This document shows positions 59,918-64,000 of a stretch of 64,000 nt of DNA, piece after piece (the stretch's first letter is position 1; each line of letters opens with the position of its first letter). Origin of the DNA: Monocercomonoides exilis PA203 (taxonomy: Eukaryota > Protista > Preaxostyla); NCBI GenBank assembly GCA_001643675.2, contig LSRY02000010.1, positions 310,001 through 374,000 on the forward strand, written 5' to 3'. The position numbers and the translations under genes were made by a program. The notes below the pieces were generated by a model. That model was given only the letters and a program-made list of their open reading frames with translations. It did not search any database and was not told where the DNA came from.

Positions 59918-62013
59918 ATGAGTGAATTGGAGTGCAGTTCCAAAATTATCATTTATGATAATCAGGAAATATTATCAATGTGGAAGCCTGATATGAAATG
60001 CCTTCCAGCACTTCTGGAAGTTGTTGAACAGTATAAAGATCAAATGAATTTCTTAAGCACAACAATTTTGCAGCCCCTTTCGTTACTCCCTCCTCCAGTT
60101 TGTTTATTTTTATCAAACTTAACACAATTTTATTTTTCTTTTCATAGCTTATTGGGAAACCAAAAACAAACCAAAAATTTACACCATGTGTGCTATTTTA
60201 TTTCTATTTTTTATAATTCAATTTTTGAACAGATCAATCTTACCCCACCAAACCACTGCAGCAGCAGCAACAACAATCTACTCAAAATCGCAACATGACG
60301 GAAGAAGAATACAAAGCCTTTGAAGAAGATATGCTGAAAAACATGGATACGGATCTTTGGGACATGCCTCAAGATTCTCTTGAAGATGATAACATGGAAT
60401 CATATTTTTTGACAAAGGATTTTCAAGAAAATCAAGCAAAAATAGAAAGAGAAAGAATGCAACATCGTAAAGAAGAAGAAGAAAAAGTGAAAGAAGAAAT
60501 GGAACAAGTTATTACAACTCGAACACCAAAGCAATCAAAACCTGCGACTGTTCAAGATGTTCAAATACTTAGTCAACTTTTATTTGGAGGGAAAAGTGAA
60601 GAAGCTCAAACGAGTAAAAAAGAGGAATTGGAAAAGCAAGCAAAAGAAAATACAAAACCACACACTTCAACCACGTCATTGCCTCTTCCTGCTGCGGGCG
60701 AATCTGCAATTGGAGAGCCCATTGCAAAGAGCATCAACACATCAGCCCCACCGATTGTGCAAGTTTCACAACTCGAAGGCCGGTGCTGGCAGTACATCGA
60801 TCCTTCGGGTGTTCTTCAGGGCCCGTTCACCAACAAAGAGATGTCTCAGTGGCACGCACAGAACTTCGTCAAGGGGCATCTTATCGTGAAGCTTGTGTCC
60901 GAAGAGAGATTTGCCACTGTTTCGCAGCGGTTTAACGGTAGAGGCACCCCTTTTTCAACTGCGCCTATTGACGTTGCTGCACTCGGTGCAGATGCGCTGA
61001 CATTTGAGCAGGCGCTGGCAAAGGTGAAGCAATCGTCAAGGAAAGGAAAGTCTTCAAGAGACGGCAGCTCGTCTTCTGGCTCGTCTTCTGGTTCTTCTCG
61101 CTCATCGAAATCATCATCATCTTCTTCATCATCTTCTGCTGCAGCTGCAAAAGCACAAGCAGTTTCAACTGATGCATCAGCACTTGCAGCAGGCAAAGTG
61201 AAGGCGCAGACACAAATACACACAGGAAAAGGGGAAGGCACAGGCGCAGGTGCAGGAGTAGATGTGCTGCGGCTGCCTCTTCAAGCATCTCATCACCATC
61301 CACTTCCAGTTCTCCCCGGCATGCCGGCAGCGCCCGGGCCGATGGGATACACATCACCCAGCCCTTCTGCCTCGCCATCCTCACGAGATTCACAGGTCTC
61401 TTCACCTGCCTCTATCTCAGCTTCTGCCTCTCCTTCTCCATCGCCGTCACCAGCTGCATTGGCCCAGGCGAAAATTAGTGCATTTCCTCCGCTTCCTGCA
61501 ATACATCCACCTCTTCCCATACAACAACAGCCTCATCTTCTTCCACAGCCCATTCCGTCCTCATCTGCTGTAGGCGATGCATCCAGACACGCCATGTTCT
61601 GGGGTGCTCCGTCTGCCCACCTGCTGCCCACGCCCAACCAGGCTCTTCCTCCACGCCCAGCTGGACAGCCAGCTCTGACACAGCAAAAGCAGATGGCTTC
61701 TGCTGGGACGGCATTAGGCGCACCTGCAGCACTTGCTTATCCACCTGCCCAGCCACAGCCACAGCCACAGCCTCAGCCACAGTCACAAGCACAGGCGCAG
61801 GCGATGGCGAAGGAAGGCGAGGTGTTCAATTGGATCAGGCAGTCGGTGTATGAGCTGACGCAGAAGGACAACATTCAACTTGTGAGCGACTTGATGGTGG
61901 CAGCAGATGCACTCACGTTGAACAAGCTGATTGAGAAGCATTTGGGTCCGAAGAGCGCGCAGAGAGATCTGTTTGCCCAGCAGCTGCTGAGATTGAAGAC
62001 ACATGGAATATAA
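59918..62013 (+). CDS. GYF-domain protein, GIGYF/Smy2-like; introns ~60098-60147 and ~60188-60231
   Basis: WQYIDPSGVLQGPF..EMSQW GYF domain; N-terminal IYDNQEIL..PLSLLP; C-terminal HLGP...FAQQLL. Confidence 0.78.
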
Positions 62014-62650
62014 ATGCTGTTATTTAAATCGCTTACTCCTATTCCATCTTTCAATCTGTATATTTAATAATAATAATGAATATAAAAAGAAATAATAAAG
62101 CTGATATATTTGCGTATTAGCGAACTTTTTATTTTTCAATGTCATTGTTGGAAGATTTATTGAGAATGATAAATGGAATAAATGAGTTATAGAGGGCAAG
62201 TCGACCTTTCTGCCCTGCTTTATTTTTTTCAAACTTATTTTTCACTTTTATTTTATTTTCCATTTTATTTATGAATTTTTTAAAAAAGTGCAATTGCTTT
62301 TATGTTTAACTGTGCCTGCTGCAAAATTATGTATTGCCATCTTTTTTTCTGAAAAGCTTTGCACACTTTGCGTTATCATAAATTGCACGAAAGAAACGAA
62401 CTCCTTTTGTTTTTTCATACTTTTTTTTTAATTTTTAAAATCCTGAAGTTGCCCACACATTCATGTTGTAATATTCACACAATATGTACACCTTCATCTG
62501 TCATTAACTTACCTTCACATGCTTCTTACCACTTCTTTACACAATGAATTAGTTTAATTCTTTTTTTCGACCACTCACCGTCCAATAAAGAAAAAAAAAA
62601 CACAACATATTAATTTAACAATATTTATATTTATTTATTTATTTTTATTT

Positions 62651-64000
62651 TTACATTAATTTATTATTATCTGCTGGTTCGTTTGCCTCTTCCAGCACAA
62701 AAGAAGGGTCATTAAAGTTCGGGTTCGGGCGCTCCTCGTCCAGCCACGGCGGCTGCTGTGACTCAGACAGGTCCGCAAAAATAGAGCGAGACTCCGGCAG
62801 GTTCTCCCACGACCGTGTTATCTCCTCAAACAGCGTCGACAGCGGCGGATAGGACACATCCTTCTCTGGATGGTGCGGGGGTATTATCATCTGAGGTGAG
62901 AATTCAATGAAGTTGCTTTTGGATTCAGGCTTTGTGCTGCTTGTGGAATGTTTGGTTTTAACGCTTGTCCGTGGGTGATACTTCATCACTTTGGCAAGAT
63001 CGCCTTTCTGCTCTTCTCCCAGCTTTCCCGCTTCCTCTGCCAAAACTGTCTCACTCATCACTTCCTCCTCCACAGCACTTGCTTTTCCCATCTTCCCTGT
63101 CTTCCCTGCCTTTCCAGCCTTCCCCGCTTTCCCTGCCTTCTCTGCCTTCTCTGTTGACACATCAGAAACAGCAGAGCTAACAGAGCCATCAGCAGCATCT
63201 GTCTTGTCCCACGGGTGTGTCTCAGGCGAAGAAGGGTTCGGCAGCTCAGCTGGCTGGCTGTCGCTGTTGGCGCTGGCGTTGTTCTTGCAGAGCCTGCTGC
63301 GACACATCTGCGCCGCCATCAGCAGCGCCCGGATGAACGTGTCGTCGTCGAGATACACAAACAACGGAATAAGCGCTGCAAACGGATCGTCCTCTTCTCC
63401 GGATTCGCCTCCGTCTTCATCTGAATTGCTGTTTTTGGGCATGGACTGTGCCAACGACTGCTGCACCTCCTCTGCACTTGAGAGATGCATACTCAATGGA
63501 TTGTGCCTTGCAGCTGTCAAAGGCGGATCAGGTGTTGTTGTGACTGGCGGTGCTTCGTTTGTTTCTTGTGTGTTGTCTTCTCTGCCTTCTTTTCTCTTTG
63601 CTTCTCGTTTGTGTGCCTGCTCTTCCCTGGAGCTTGTCAATGCCTGTGAAAGTGCTGTAATCGCAGGTGATTCTATTTTGGTGCAAACGGACGACGGGAT
63701 CGCCTTTGGCATCAAGCGCATTGAAATCTCTTTCCCTGCTTCTTTACTGCTTTTTAAAGATTCTGCATTTTCTTTCGCTGAATTCCCTTTTTCTGCATTT
63801 GCCTGTATTCTTTTCGGCTGCATGTCAGAAATGTCTATTCTTGTTATTGCAGATGAGCCGCCTTTCATCGAACTCAGCAGCATCCCTTCTGTTCCAGACC
63901 CTTGAGGCACTTGTATCACCGGAAACAGCTCAGCCCCTGCGCTTGTCAAGGCAGAAGAGGCAGGGCTGTATTTGTGGAGAGACGAAGATGACGAGCCAGC
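62651..64000 (-). CDS. 3' end of an unknown protein (partial)
   Basis: Long open frame with coding-like GC running from the window end; no domain recognised. Confidence 0.65.
   Translation of the reverse strand, partial: AGSSSSSLHKYSPASSALTSAGAELFPVIQVPQGSGTEGMLLSSMKGGSSAITRIDISDMQPKRIQANAEKGNSAKENAESLKSSKEAGKEISMRLMPKAIPSSVCTKIESPAITALSQALTSSREEQAHKREAKRKEGREDNTQETNEAPPVTTTPDPPLTAARHNPLSMHLSSAEEVQQSLAQSMPKNSNSDEDGGESGEEDDPFAALIPLFVYLDDDTFIRALLMAAQMCRSRLCKNNASANSDSQPAELPNPSSPETHPWDKTDAADGSVSSAVSDVSTEKAEKAGKAGKAGKAGKTGKMGKASAVEEEVMSETVLAEEAGKLGEEQKGDLAKVMKYHPRTSVKTKHSTSSTKPESKSNFIEFSPQMIIPPHHPEKDVSYPPLSTLFEEITRSWENLPESRSIFADLSESQQPPWLDEERPNPNFNDPSFVLEEANEPADNNKLM

Noticed and set aside
1-64000. 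Non-standard genetic code (TAR=Gln), CRISPR arrays, tRNA/rRNA genes
   Set aside because: Intact genes end in TAA, TAG and TGA, and in-frame stops are confined to decayed repeats; no arrays or RNA genes were recognised.

Overview
Eukaryotic, AT-rich, intron-containing protist DNA using the standard genetic code. The expanded gene families look like those of an oxymonad such as Monocercomonoides (inference from recognition, not verified). 1-17.4 kb is a mobile-element zone: an apparently intact DIRS-type tyrosine-recombinase retrotransposon abutting a 5'-truncated receptor-pseudokinase gene, a second decayed DIRS element with resolvable termini, and pogo and Merlin remnants. 17.5-38.4 kb is a compact housekeeping block (low-complexity proteins, RRM proteins, PRPP synthetase, triple-SH3 protein, AIG1/FAR-17a-like, CBM48-CaaX, PDI-like, calmodulin-like). 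38.8-50 kb holds the most notable structure: a 5,866-bp Merlin transposon with 190-bp TIRs, an 8-bp TSD and an intact transposase that encloses about 4.5 kb of host-gene pseudogene cargo; a perfect 132-bp-arm palindrome; and a 3,398-bp hAT-like non-autonomous element enclosing another copy of the same host family. 50.3-64 kb has a 3,045-aa modular receptor-pseudokinase, a GIGYF-like gene and the end of an unknown gene.
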